DNA from: Hydrolagus colliei
Taxonomy: Eukaryota
Assembly (NCBI GenBank): GCA_035084275.1
Contig: CM068778.1
Span: 1,364,001-1,428,000, forward strand
Direction of reading: 5' to 3'
Length of the DNA stretch: 64,000 bases
Part shown: positions 1 to 12,400 of the stretch, piece after piece
Numbering within the stretch: the stretch's first letter is position 1
How the letters are laid out: every line of letters starts with the position of its first letter
The notes under the pieces: generated by a model
Told to the model about the DNA's origin: nothing
Database searches by the model: none
What the model saw: the letters and a program-made list of their open reading frames with translations, nothing else
Position numbers and translations under genes: made by a program

Positions 1-385
1 ATACATTCATTCATCTGTACCTGTGCCTCATGTCAGTGACTGGGCTTTCAACCTTTCACCCCCTCTGCCTTTTAGGAACTCCATTCCACAATCTATTTGC
101 CTTTCTCTCTCGTTTGCCTCTTTCAAGACACAACTCTGCCTTTAACCGCCCGCCTTCCTCTCTGCCCTCCCTCATCTCAATTCTGATTCCTGAACTTTCA
201 GTGCCTTGGAAGTTCCTCCCACCAAAAATGCGCTTACACATGTAATATGTTGTTGTTGCTTTCCTGACATTAGGAAAAATAGAGTGACAATGCAAAGGCC
301 TGGAGCCCCTGTCAGTGGCAGACAATCAATCAGGAGGTGATTTGCTTTCGGGAAAATGCATCAAATTGTCAAAATAGCTTCCGAC

Positions 386-499
386 CTGTTGCAAAATTGT
401 TCCTAGCATTGGTAATATTTGTAGTTTCATTTGTAGGGAGTTGTCCTGGCTGTCCATCTCTCACTTCCAAGTTAATGGGAATTAATTGTTTCCTTATGT
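386..499 (-). CDS. Spacer exon S8 [39 protein letters not shown]
   Basis: 114 nt, tgtttccacag acceptor like that of S5; weak GTCGGA donor. Confidence 0.55.
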
Positions 500-3400
500 C
501 TGTGGAAACAGAAGGACGATTCACACATCATCATTCACCAAATCACAAGCTGACAAAAGAGGTTCCAATCTTCCACTTATTCGATCTCATTGTTAACAAA
601 TTACTCACTTTTACCGTCTTCTCATTACAGCAAAAAGTGGTGTCGGTAACGAGTCTATCGCCTAAACCAACTAGCCTTCCTGGTAACTATTTGGAGCGGA
701 TAAATACCTTTAGAGGTGTAAGATATTTCCTGGTGTTGTGAACTTGCTATCTTCAATGGGTTAACCTCTGGGACACCCCTACAAGGCTGAAGAACCCTAA
801 TATATCAATGCATTCCTTGTATTGCACATAGCAGCAATTGCCTGTGAAGCTCTTTGAAACAGTTCAACATTCCAGGTGATATAGTAAATGCAATAATCAG
901 TACTTTAATTGCATAATGTATGTTGATCATGTTTTCAGATTGCGACGAGGCTTTCGAAGTATCAATAGCACTTAATACCCAGAATAGTTTAGGAGCCAGA
1001 GAGTAAAATTAACTGTTTGGGGGAATTCTATCCCACAGATCTTACCTGCATAGCAAACAAAACGGTATGAGTGAAAGCAGTTTTCAGAAAGCCACACGCC
1101 TTTGTTGACTGCCACACATATGAAATTAGAGCGTTGATAAGCATTCTCCTGATCACTGTCCATCCAATGTTTATAACTCAATTTATCTCCATTAATCCAC
1201 GTCCACCCTGCCAATGAGCGATTCACATTCTGCAGCCCAATCCACAGAGGTGTATCTCCATCAAACAGGTGAACAGTGATACTTTGCTCTTCTGAGCTCC
1301 GAATGCTTAGAAGATCTGTATAGTAAGTGCGGCAATATTCCTGGGCATCGGTCCAGTTTTTCCATCTGTCAATCCGATGATATTCTCTGTCCAGAGATTT
1401 AAAGCTAGTGGAATAGTCTGTGAAGAGAAGATCACATAAAAAAAACACAGTTAAAGCTCCACTGGCTCCAAGTACCTTAACAGATCGATTTGAAATCCTT
1501 TTCCTCACCTTCCTTTCTATAAAATGCTACCCAGCCCTATTCTCCTACCCATACCCTCCATTATTCTGAATTTGGTCTACTGTGTTCATTGATAGGTAGA
1601 TTGATTGGTTGATAGATTGGTTGGTTGATTGATAGGTTGGTAGATAGGTTGGTTGGTAGATTGATTGGTTGGTAGATTGATTGATTGATTGATTTTCTTT
1701 CTTCGGTGCATATTTTCTTTTTAAATGCACAAAAAATGCTAAGGATGGAGGGACTGTGTTTACCTTCTGTAGATTTATTTTGAGAGCCGAGCGGATTCAA
1801 GACCATAGGTGGAGTACTTTTTACTTCCGTCAGGTTCTCTGGGTGTCGCTCACTGAAATTCAAAGGCTGCTGCACGTCTGCAGACACAAAAGAACCGTAA
1901 CATGCCAGTTAGGTGTCGGAAATCCAAACAGAAGCCCATCACCTTGCTTAGGGGTCTCCAAAGCAAGATGATAGTTCCATGCATCCCAATTACACATGGA
2001 AATCCCAGCGAGAGATTGATGAAATGGAATACACACTCACTCCGTGGAGGGACACATCCTGCTTAGCTAGTTCCGGAAATGTTTTAGCGCAGATCAGCAA
2101 GAGCCAACGCTTGGGGAGGAGCGTACATTGGTGGTAAATCCTGGAGTCTAACCAACTAAAACTACATAGCTTACCAGTGATGGTGCTGTCTGGCAAAATT
2201 AACTACTGCTTATCCAGCTTGGACCACCCTACCTTTCAGGGCTGCAGTTTGCAAAGTTAACATTGTTCAAATCACTTCATGTTTTGGCCCCTTTCAGTCC
2301 ATGCAATCACTCACAGACCATTATTCGCCCTACTATCCTAGATCTATTGCTCTATTGTAAGCAATAGGATATAACATTCTCCTTGTTATAATCTATAACT
2401 TCTTTACACTTTTAGTGGTTTCCATCTAGCTTGGCATCTCACTCTCTGATCTTGCCTTTGTAGCAAACGAAAGGGTAAGTTTCCTTGCAGTAATCACCAA
2501 ATTACTGGCCATTTCTCACAGTCACTGTGTCTATCTGTGATGTTGAAACGCCCTCCACCACCCCAATGCACACGTACCAAGCCAAAAGTTGTTGAAGATG
2601 GTGTTCCATCAAAGGGAAAAGGGGAGAGATGCTTAGGAGGAGAATTCAATTTCCTCCTTCACTATTTTAAGGCAAAGTTGTCTACCAAGCTAAGACAATG
2701 TGGTATTTCGGGTCACAAGAGTCTGCTCTAACTGCAAATGATCATTTTTAATGGTTTTATGCACTTCTATAAAGGTAATAATCAGAGGGGATATAGGAAG
2801 AAATATTTTTCCAACAGTGAGTTGCTTGGATTTGGAATGAACTGCCTGAAAGGGTGTGGAAACAGGGGCAATGGGAATAATTTGCATAGGCAGATCAGGC
2901 ATGAGTGGCAGGAATAGCCTCCTTCAGTACTGTATAATATGATTCTTTGATTTGATGAACAACAAACAACAACAACAAAATTACACTTCTTTAGCGCTTT
3001 TCATGTCAGGATGAAGAACATTCATGATTGAGAAAACATCAGCCACTTGATTCATCAATTCTGTTCCACTCTGCACTTGCTCATACAATATTCTTCATTT
3101 CATCCACAAATTATGCAGTCAACTATAGTATAGTTAGTGAAGTGCTTTGTGACGACTAGAAGATGTAATAAAGTGAAATGAAAGTAGTGGTAACATTATT
3201 GTTATTATTAGTAGTGGTATTATTATTATAATACTGCATAATAATAATATTCCTTGCATTTGATATAGCACTTTTCACATCTTCTAGACATCTCAAAGCG
3301 CTTCACAGAATATACTGTAAAGTGAATTGACTGTATATTTGTGGGCGAAACACGGCAGCCAATTGTGCACAGCCCACAAACAGTCATGGATTGAAATGAC

Positions 3401-6400
3401 CAATTTATTATAGTTTATTTTTGAGGAAACTTGCCCTGACCTGATTGGATTCGAAACGCAGGTCTCACGCTTGTAAGGCAAGTGCTCTAACCACTGAGCT
3501 ACAGGCCTCCTAATACGCTTACAACAACAAAATTACATTGATGGAGCACCTTTCACGTCAGGGGACGTCCCAAGGCGCCGAACAGTTGGTTCAGGACCCG
3601 AGCGGGTGTGGGGGAGGTCGGGGTTGGGGGAAGGGGAAGGAGCATAGGAGAGGGAGGAGAGTTTGGAGGGGAGCAGAAGCCACGGTCAAAGAGGAAAGTC
3701 TTGAGACCAGCCTTGAAGGAGGAAAGGGAGGAAGCGAGGCAAAGGGATTGCGGGATGGAGTTCCGGAGTGTGGGGGCAGAGAGGCTGAAAGCCCAGCCAT
3801 CGATGGTAGGGTGGTTTGGGTGGGGCACATGAAGCAGGCCAGAGCCCGCTGAACAGTGGTGATGGGCAGGCTGATAGAGAGACAGCAGGTGGGAGAGATA
3901 GGTGTGGGCCACGCCGTGAATGGCCTTGAAAGTGAGGACAATGATTTTGAATTCAACCCTCTGGGAGATGGGGAGCTAGTGGAGACAGGTGAGGGTGGGA
4001 GTGATGTGGTCGCGGAACCTAGTGTGGGAGAGTACACGAGCTGCAGAATTCTGAATAATCTGCAGCTTGTGAAGGGAGGAGCTGGGAAGGACAACGAGGA
4101 GAGAGTTCCCGTAGTCGAGCCTAGATGTGATGAAAGCGTGGATGGGTGTTTCAGCAGCATGGGGGATGAGGTAGTGGTGGAGTCTAGCGATGTTGCAGAG
4201 GTGGTGGAAGGCTGTACAGGTCATGGTGCGGATTTGGGGGAGGAAGGATAGTTCGGGGTTGAACGAGATGCCCAGATTCCTGACTCGCTTTGAGAGGAGA
4301 GAGCAGCTTTGAATGCTGATGGTGCCAGCGCCTGAGGTGTGGAGGCTCTGATGCAAGCCGATCAGGAGGGCCTCCATCTTGTTGATGTTAGTTGGAGGAA
4401 GATGTCCCTCGTCCAGGACTCAATGTCGGACAGACATGCAGTGGTCCTGGAGTGGAGGGTGGAAGCGGAAAGGTACAGTTAGGTGTCATCCCCATAGATG
4501 TGGAAATTTACCCCATGTCTGCGGATGATGCCACCAAGTGGGAGCATGTATAGGGTGAAGAGCAGGGGGCCAAGGACAGAGCCCTGGGGAAGGCCGCATG
4601 TGACTGCGAGGGCTGGAGGAAAAGCCATTGGAGGAGACGAAGTGAAGGCGGTGTGAGAGGTATGACCGGAACCAATCAAGGGCAGAGCCTTCAAGGTTGA
4701 GGAGGGAGGAGAGGCGGTGGAGGAGGATTGCGTGGTCTACGGTGGCAGACAGATCGAGGAGGATGAGGAGTCAGAGGGAACCCTGGTCGCAGATGGTCAG
4801 GATGTCGTTTGTCACCTTGACCAGAGCAGTTTTACTGCTGTGGGCAGCACGGAAACCCGATTGGAGGGGTTCGAAAAGTGAGTGGGTTGAGAGGAAAGAG
4901 CGGAGTTGGGAGGCAACCACTCTTTCGAGGACTTTGGACAGGAATGGGAGGTTGGAGATGGGCCGGTAGCTTGAGAGCTTTGATACATTGAGGGAAGGTT
5001 TCTTTCGGATGGGGGTGATCGTGGCAGTTTTGAGGGGAGTGGGAACGGTGCCAGATGAAAGGGACAGGTTAATAGTGGTTAAATACTATTAGTAGTCGTA
5101 TTGTTATTAATATTATAATCCAAGTGGCTGGGTTGGAATTATGCTTTGTTTTAACCAATGCATTCAAAATCTCTTATTATGAAATATCTAACCAGCTGCA
5201 ACTGGGTCCCCATTTTGAATTTTGGAAATATTTATTGTTCCATATTGCATATAGATATAATGTGCAGTGAATTTCGTTGAACATCCCGTTGGTAACAGGA
5301 ATGACTTGATGAGCTGAATTGCTTCCTGCTGTTTGGCAATCGCTATAACTGAGATCAAAGTGAAGCCTGCCACTCTGAGCATCACATCCCTGTGTCTTAC
5401 CTTTGTAGCAAGTGTAACGATAAGTCTGGTTGCAGTCGCTGTTAAACCACAGACCGTTGTTCATAGCAACACAGATCACAGAAGACACATAGACATTTGC
5501 CTCCTCTCTCCAGTGTGTGTAGTTGAATGTGTCTCCGTTTGTCCATGTCCACCCAACATTGGACTCATTATTATAGTACAGTCCAATCCAAAGAGGGATG
5601 TCAGGGGCAAACATCTGAAATATGAACCTGAGCTCCTCTGGATTCCGGATGCTGACAATATCAGTGTGATGATTGCGGCAGTAATCCCGAGCTTCAGTCC
5701 AGTTTTTCTGCTGGTTGATATGTATATATTCTCTGTCCTGGGGTTTTACAGGTTGAGACACATCTGAGAAAGAAAAACGATAATAATAATACTCGCATTT
5801 GACAAATCACTTCAAGATGTCTATAAGCATTTCATAGAATTAACTCTTAAGATCCTTGTCCTTCTATTCAAACTCCAACACCCTCTTGACCATCTCTTAC
5901 AATTTACGCTCTATCCCATTCCCTGTCTGAATGCTCTGCACTTCTAGTTGACTTGTTCTGTCCATCTCATGAAGGAAACAATAATGAAAAACAACTTGTG
6001 TAGTTGAAAATTTCCCAAATGCTTGTAATTTACCGATTTTATCTTTGTAGCAAGTAAACTGGTACGTTTGATTGCAGTCATAATGAAGCCATAGAGCATT
6101 GATCACAGCCACACAGATTCTGGGGCTTGGATTATCTGGTTCCGGAAGTTTCCAATGGTCATTGTTGAACTTGTCTCCATTTATCCACTTCCAGCCTGCA
6201 TTGGGTTGCTTATTATCATGGTACAGTCCAATCCAGACAGGTGCATCTCCTCTAAACAGCTCAGATATCCCCTCCTGCTCCTTTGGGTCGCTGATGCTGG
6301 CAAGATCTGTATAGAAATTGCGGCAGTGATCACGGGCGTCACTCCAGTTTTTTGTTTGGTTGACTCTGTGATATGTTCTGTCCTGTTGCTTTGTTCTCGG

Positions 6401-9400
6401 ATCTAATGGATCTAATAAGAGACCATCAAATTAGGAAATAGCCTAGAGATCAAATGGTTTCTATTTCTTGCAAAGGTTGTTTGGGGTGGGGGAAGAAAGC
6501 AAAGACAGTTCATATATAGTTTCGTCCCCATAATACACAGTCACTGTATACACTTTGCAGTTTATGTTGCAGAGTGATTTGAGACATCTCGATGATGTGA
6601 TGAAACATTACATCAACTGCAAAGATTACCGTAAATACCCACGTATAAGGCGCACTCGCGTATAAGGCGCACCCCCCCCCCCCCCCCCCCCCCCCCTCCA
6701 CTTTTGACCACCTCGTGGCGAAAAAAAATGAAAGCATTTTCGATGATATTGCCAGTGGAATTTTTTTTCCCACCGGCAATATCATTGGAAAAAAAAATTT
6801 CCACCGAAAAAAAATCCAGCAGCGGTGCAGTAAGAATTACCGGACATCAAAGTAGCGCCTGGTCTGCATTGCCGATCCTGGAGAGCGGGTAGTCGTACTG
6901 GCGGCGCAGTTTGATGACGTACCTCTGGGGGCTGGTCGTCTTTTCCTTGTATCTGCGTATAAGGCGCACCCCCCTCTTTCGAGACGTTACGACATGAAAA
7001 AAAGTGCGCCTTATACCCGGAGATTTACGGTACTATATTATAGCACAAATATCGTCATCAAATTGGAAACCTTATCAAAGAAACAATCAAGACAGTATAA
7101 TGTTCTCTTTGATAGAGCAAGTGTCACACATGTTTATTGAGTCTCACATATAAATAACTTAACAGAGTGAATATTTTGAGAGGAAATTTTCTGAAGGGTG
7201 TGGATGCATAGCAGGGAATTTGAGCTAAGTGGCATTGCAATTGGCTCAATGGCTTGTACCTCTAACTGATATGATTTGAGAAAGGGAAGCAATCTTCTTG
7301 ACAATCATCTCACTCCCTGATCTTACCTTGGTAGCAACTGAACCTGTACGTTTGATTGCAGTTGTCATTAAACCACACACCACTGCTTATAGCAACACAA
7401 ATCTCAGCACCTGGGTGGACATTCAGTTCATTATCTTTCCACTGTGTGTAACTGAGCTCATCTTCGTTTATCCATTTCCACCCAGTCGTGGTGCGGTTAC
7501 TGTTGTAAAGGCCAATCCAGTAAGGTTTATCTCCATCAAACATCTTAGATATGATCTCCTGCTCCTCAGTGCTCCGAATGCTGATAAGATCCATGTAATG
7601 CCTGCGGCAGTAATCCCGCGCTTCAATCCACTTTTTACGTTGGTCTATCCAGTAATAATCCCTGCGTGCTGATTTTGTGGTTGGGAATAGATCTGGTGAG
7701 TGCAAAGGCAGCAGAAAATTGGTACAAGCTCCAATGATATCCAGTTTGCAACTCCTTCAATCCTTAATCACTGAATGTTATATTAAATTCTCAGGTTTTC
7801 ATCCATACCTTGTCCTTATTCTTTCTACCTCACTTAATTCCCTCCCCCCCCCCCCACACACACACAGAATACTCCTTAACATTCAATCTCTTCAATTTTT
7901 CTTCTAGTCCAAACCAATTTCCCATTGCCTATGCAGATCCCTCCATTAAATCATTGACTGTGATTTCAGCTTCACTAAGGAAGTCGATGTTGCTGATGGT
8001 GACACTTAGCAGGAGCAAGATGGTAGCCATTGGTGGACACTAGAAATAAGTTTTTACCTGATAAATGATTGCTTTGAGAGTTCGGAGGTATCGTTGGTGT
8101 GGGCAGAGATATTTCTTTTGGAGGAAGCTTTGTGGGTTGTGGAGATGATTGCTTAAGAACTGTTAAAGCCAGAAACAGACATCATGCCATTCACTATTAG
8201 ACTGATATGTTGTTTCAATTATTGCATTGCACTGTAAAGATCATACCATAATCATAATGACTCACAGTGTGTCTCAGTGGAGATATTGAAAGAAATTTTG
8301 GAACTGTTTTAGGCAAAGGTGGCAGATTTTGTTAAAAAGGTGATCATTGCGTTGTAAAATAAGTTATCGCATAAGAAATTGGGTGCTTCACTGAAATTAA
8401 GTATATTATTCAGGGATTGTAGGGATTTCGAGGAAAGAGCAGTCAAATGGAATGAGAATGTATTGTTCCAATGCTAGATGCAACACCAGAGCAAATATGA
8501 CAAACTCACAGAAGTGAGAGAAGTAATAATAGTGCTTGCATTTTATATAGCACCTTATCAGGTCTTCTAGACATCTCAAAGCTCTTCACAGAATATACTG
8601 CAAAGTAGAATTGGCAGTATATTTTCGGACGAAATGCAGTAGCCTATTGCACATGGCAGTGTCCCACAAACCATTAAATCAGTCATTGAGTGACTGATTT
8701 ATCATTATATTATTTTATTTTTGAAGGAATGATTACCTCGGGAAAAGCGATCCACTAATCGAATAACAACCAGGTTCTTACTTCCTGATGGGTAAACCGA
8801 GGCATGTGGAGCAAGGAAATGTACCCAAAGTTTTGCCGTACTGGGAACTGAACCCAGGTCCTCTCCAATAACACAATAATAAAAATTGGTCATTTCAATC
8901 CACGACGGTTTGTGGGGACGTTGCTGTGCGCAATTGGCTGCTGCGTTGCGCCCACAAATATACAGCCAATTCACTTTACAGTATATTCTGTGAAGCGCTT
9001 TGAGACGTCGATAAGATGTGAAATTTGCTTATATGAAAGGTTTCGACAGGCTAGATAGGGAAAAGCTGTTTCCGCTGGTAGGTGTGTCTGTGACCCGTGG
9101 ACACAGTCTTAAGATATCTACCAAAAGAAGCAGAGGGGAGGTTAGAATAAAAATTTTTACTCAGTGAGTTGTTTGAATTTGGAATGATCTGCCTGAAAGG
9201 GTAGTGAGGTCCGATTCAATAGCAGCTTTTAAGAGAGAACTAGATAGGTATCTGGGGAAGACGGGTTTTCAGGGTTATGGGGAGAAAGCTGGTGATTGGG
9301 GTTAATGAAAGTGACTTGCTCGGTCAAAGAGCCGGCACAGACTTGATGGGCCGAATGGCCTCCTTCTGTGCCGTAAAAGAAAAAAAATGCAAGGATTATT

Positions 9401-12400
9401 ATTATTATTGGGAGGTGAATTCTCTAAATACTGTCTTATAGGATTCTGCCTGACAGAATATGTTTGCGTGTCTGGACAGAACTGCCGGTCGTATTAACAT
9501 CAGGCTTCCCAATCTTACCTTTGTAGCACATAAACCGGTATGTGTGATTGCAGTAATCGTCGAACCACGTCTCGTTCCCTACAGCCACACAGACCATAGC
9601 TTCTTGATAACCATTAGGCTCCTTCTCTTTCCAGTGTGTATAATTGAAGTTGTCTCCATTGATCCACTTCCAACCTGTTTCAGAGTGGTTATTATTAAAG
9701 AGTCCGATCCACAAAGCAAAGTCTCTGTAAAACATCGAAGTGAAGATTTTCTGCTCCTCTGGGTTCCGAATGCTGACAAGATCTGTGTAATGCTTGCAGC
9801 AGTAATCCCGCGCATCAGACCAGCTTTTCCTGTGGTCGATAAGGTGATACCCTCTGTCTGCAGGATTAATTTCTGGTGAGAGAAGGTAACATGAGAAAGT
9901 AAGGTATCCAAATACCATTTAGTCCTGTTATCCAAAAGATCTGATACATTTCAAATTTGAATGTCTGAGCTCTCCCAAACCAATGCCAATTCTCTCAGAA
10001 CTATTATAGAGCCCATACCCTCAAAATGTGCATTGAATCTCAGTATTTTCTTCCATTCCCACCACTAACACGATCCTTACATTCATAGATCACATTCCAA
10101 GTTACCTTTTCCTCTACTATACAAAATATTCTTATCTTTTAGACTTTGATTTCAATCAATGATTCTTCATCTCTCTTATCTCTCTTGACCTGTACCAATA
10201 TGCCTTTAAAAAGTTAGAGGGTCCTTTCTCTGTGACAATATCTTGGTCCTCACATTCAAAGCCCTCCTTGGCCTTGCCCCACTCTACCTCTGCATCCTCC
10301 TAACCCCTGACAACCTGTCTGCCCCCTGTGCTCAACAGGCTCCGGCCTCCTCCAGATCCCCTGACCCACCCGCCCCACTATTAGTGACTGAGTTTTCAGC
10401 CTCTCTGTCCCTAACCTCTGGACTGCCATCTCACAGTCCCTCTGCCTCGTCCCTCTCTGGCCTCCTTCAAGTCCCACCTCAAGACCCTCCTCTTTGATGG
10501 TCCCATTGGTCATCCCAAATCCCCCCCCCTCCCCCCCCCCCCCCCTTTCCCTCCACCCTCCCTGTCCCTGACCCCAGCTCAGGTCTGAAACAACGACTGT
10601 CCAGTGCCTTAGGACATCCTCCTGACATGAAAGGTGCTGTACAAGTGTAATTTTGTTGTTATTGTGTGAAGGTTGCTATATCAATGTACATTTACACTAA
10701 CTTAGCATGAGAGATCCTATATAAATGCCTGATATTAACATTATGGATGGGAAAATCTATATCACTATTTTTAATGTCTAAAATATGTTCTTATGCCCCG
10801 TAAAGTATCACCATCCCCACATGTCCTGTCCCAAACTATATATTGTATCCTGATATACTACTGTATTTAGTAACAGAAGTCTATCTAACTTATTCTTGGG
10901 AACATTTTAGATAGACTTCTGTTATTTTCAAAAATAAATTAGATAGATTTCTGTTGCTAAATAATATCAACACTTTCCTGCCCAATCTTACCTTTGTAAC
11001 AAGCGAACCTGTAAGTCTGATTGCAGTAGTTATCAAACCACAGACTATTGCTCATAGCAGCACAGATCACAGATCCTGGTGGAGCATTTGGCTCCTTGTA
11101 GTTCCAGTGTGTGTAGATCAATTCATCACCGTTTATCCACTCCCATATGATTGTAGTGTAGTTATTGTTGTACAGCCCAAGCCAGAGTGGTGTGTCTTTA
11201 CTGAACAGTTGAGTTATATATATATTCTCCTCTGCGCTCCGAATGCTGACAATATCCGTGTAGTAAGTGGTACAGTAACTGCGAGCTTCAGCCCATCTTT
11301 TTCTTGTTTCAATGCGGTAATACTCTCTTTTCAGGGCATTGATGGCTAGGGATGTATCTTGTGAGAGAAGATTACTTTAGTAAATAGTTCAAGCTCTGCA
11401 AGGTCCCAGTTCCCCCAATAGGAGTGATTTTGAGATCGATATTTTTAATTTTCAAATCCCTTTGTCTTGCTCTGTCCCATCTTATCCAATCTCTTCTGAG
11501 AATCTACCCTCATGAAGGGTACTTTATCAATACAAGTTGTTGTTCAGTAATATTACACTTTGCTCTTCCCACCTGACCATTGTTGATCCTTTTAACCCCC
11601 TACCAACCTGCCCCCTCCGCTTAGCAGACTCTGGCCTCCTCCATGTCCCCTGAACCACCCGCCCCACCATTAGTGAGCGAGCCTTCAGCCCCTCTGCCCC
11701 TAACCTCTGGAACTCCATCCCACAGTCCCTCCACCCCTCCCTGGTCATTGGTGATCAAATATTCAGCCACTATCAATCAATCAGCAAAAATCCCCTCACT
11801 TCCTTTCTCCACGCCTTCAAATCTTTCTTCAAACTATCTGTTGTCATTATTTTGGGCAACACCATCAAAACTTCCCTTTTTGCCCTTTATCATACCTGTA
11901 AACTGTTTTGAGATATTTATTCTCCATGAAAAGGGATGGCACAAGTCACAACTGTTGATGGGAATAACCAAGACCCAATAAGGGTTCGATTGAACTGAGA
12001 TTCTAATCAGTTGAGCAACCACTTATATTTTGTAATTCTGTCGGCTTGTTGACCCACCTGTACAGAAAATATAGTGACCGAGAAACAGTGACCAAAAGAG
12101 ATAATTAAATTAAAGATATAAACATAAAAGAAAGAGAAAACCTAGAAGAAATGCTAAAAGAAGAAGAAAAAAATTGTATTTGATAGCATCATAATGAAAT
12201 TCATGCACCAAATAGCTTCCACCTACAATGTGACTCCAGGAACGCAGTTCCACATCACATTACACATCACCCTCACTGAACTCATCTCTGTAACAACTAA
12301 AGCTTTGGTAAGTTTGATGGCAGTAATCATCAAATACATAGACCATTGCTCACAGCATCAAAGACCAAGGCTCCTGAGTCCATTTTGTCTCCTCCACTTT

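Noticed and set aside
600-715. Exon-like segment with a GTGAGT donor between C10 and S8
   Set aside because: No acceptor/donor pair gives an open phase 1-1 exon
3440-3512. tRNA-like sequences (also about 30200-30272, 40140-40310, 40720-40775, 46620-46680)
   Set aside because: Each has A/B boxes but runs into a shared SINE body and tail; these are SINE heads, not tRNA genes
5193-5348. Open phase 1-1 frame after C9 (similar candidate at about 11895-11993)
   Set aside because: Would need a 52-nt intron or a weak acceptor, and the composition is unlike the other spacers; left uncalled
7940-8040. Hydrophobic [12 protein letters not shown] stretch and AG acceptor downstream of S7
   Set aside because: The acceptor is only about 17 nt from the S7 donor, the hydrophobic frame is out of phase, and there is no good donor
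8263-8269. CACAGTG inside the lectin gene, raising the idea of RAG-rearranged lectin exons
   Set aside because: No nonamer at 12 or 23 nt and no RSS noticed next to any CTLD exon; no evidence for somatic recombination of the lectin
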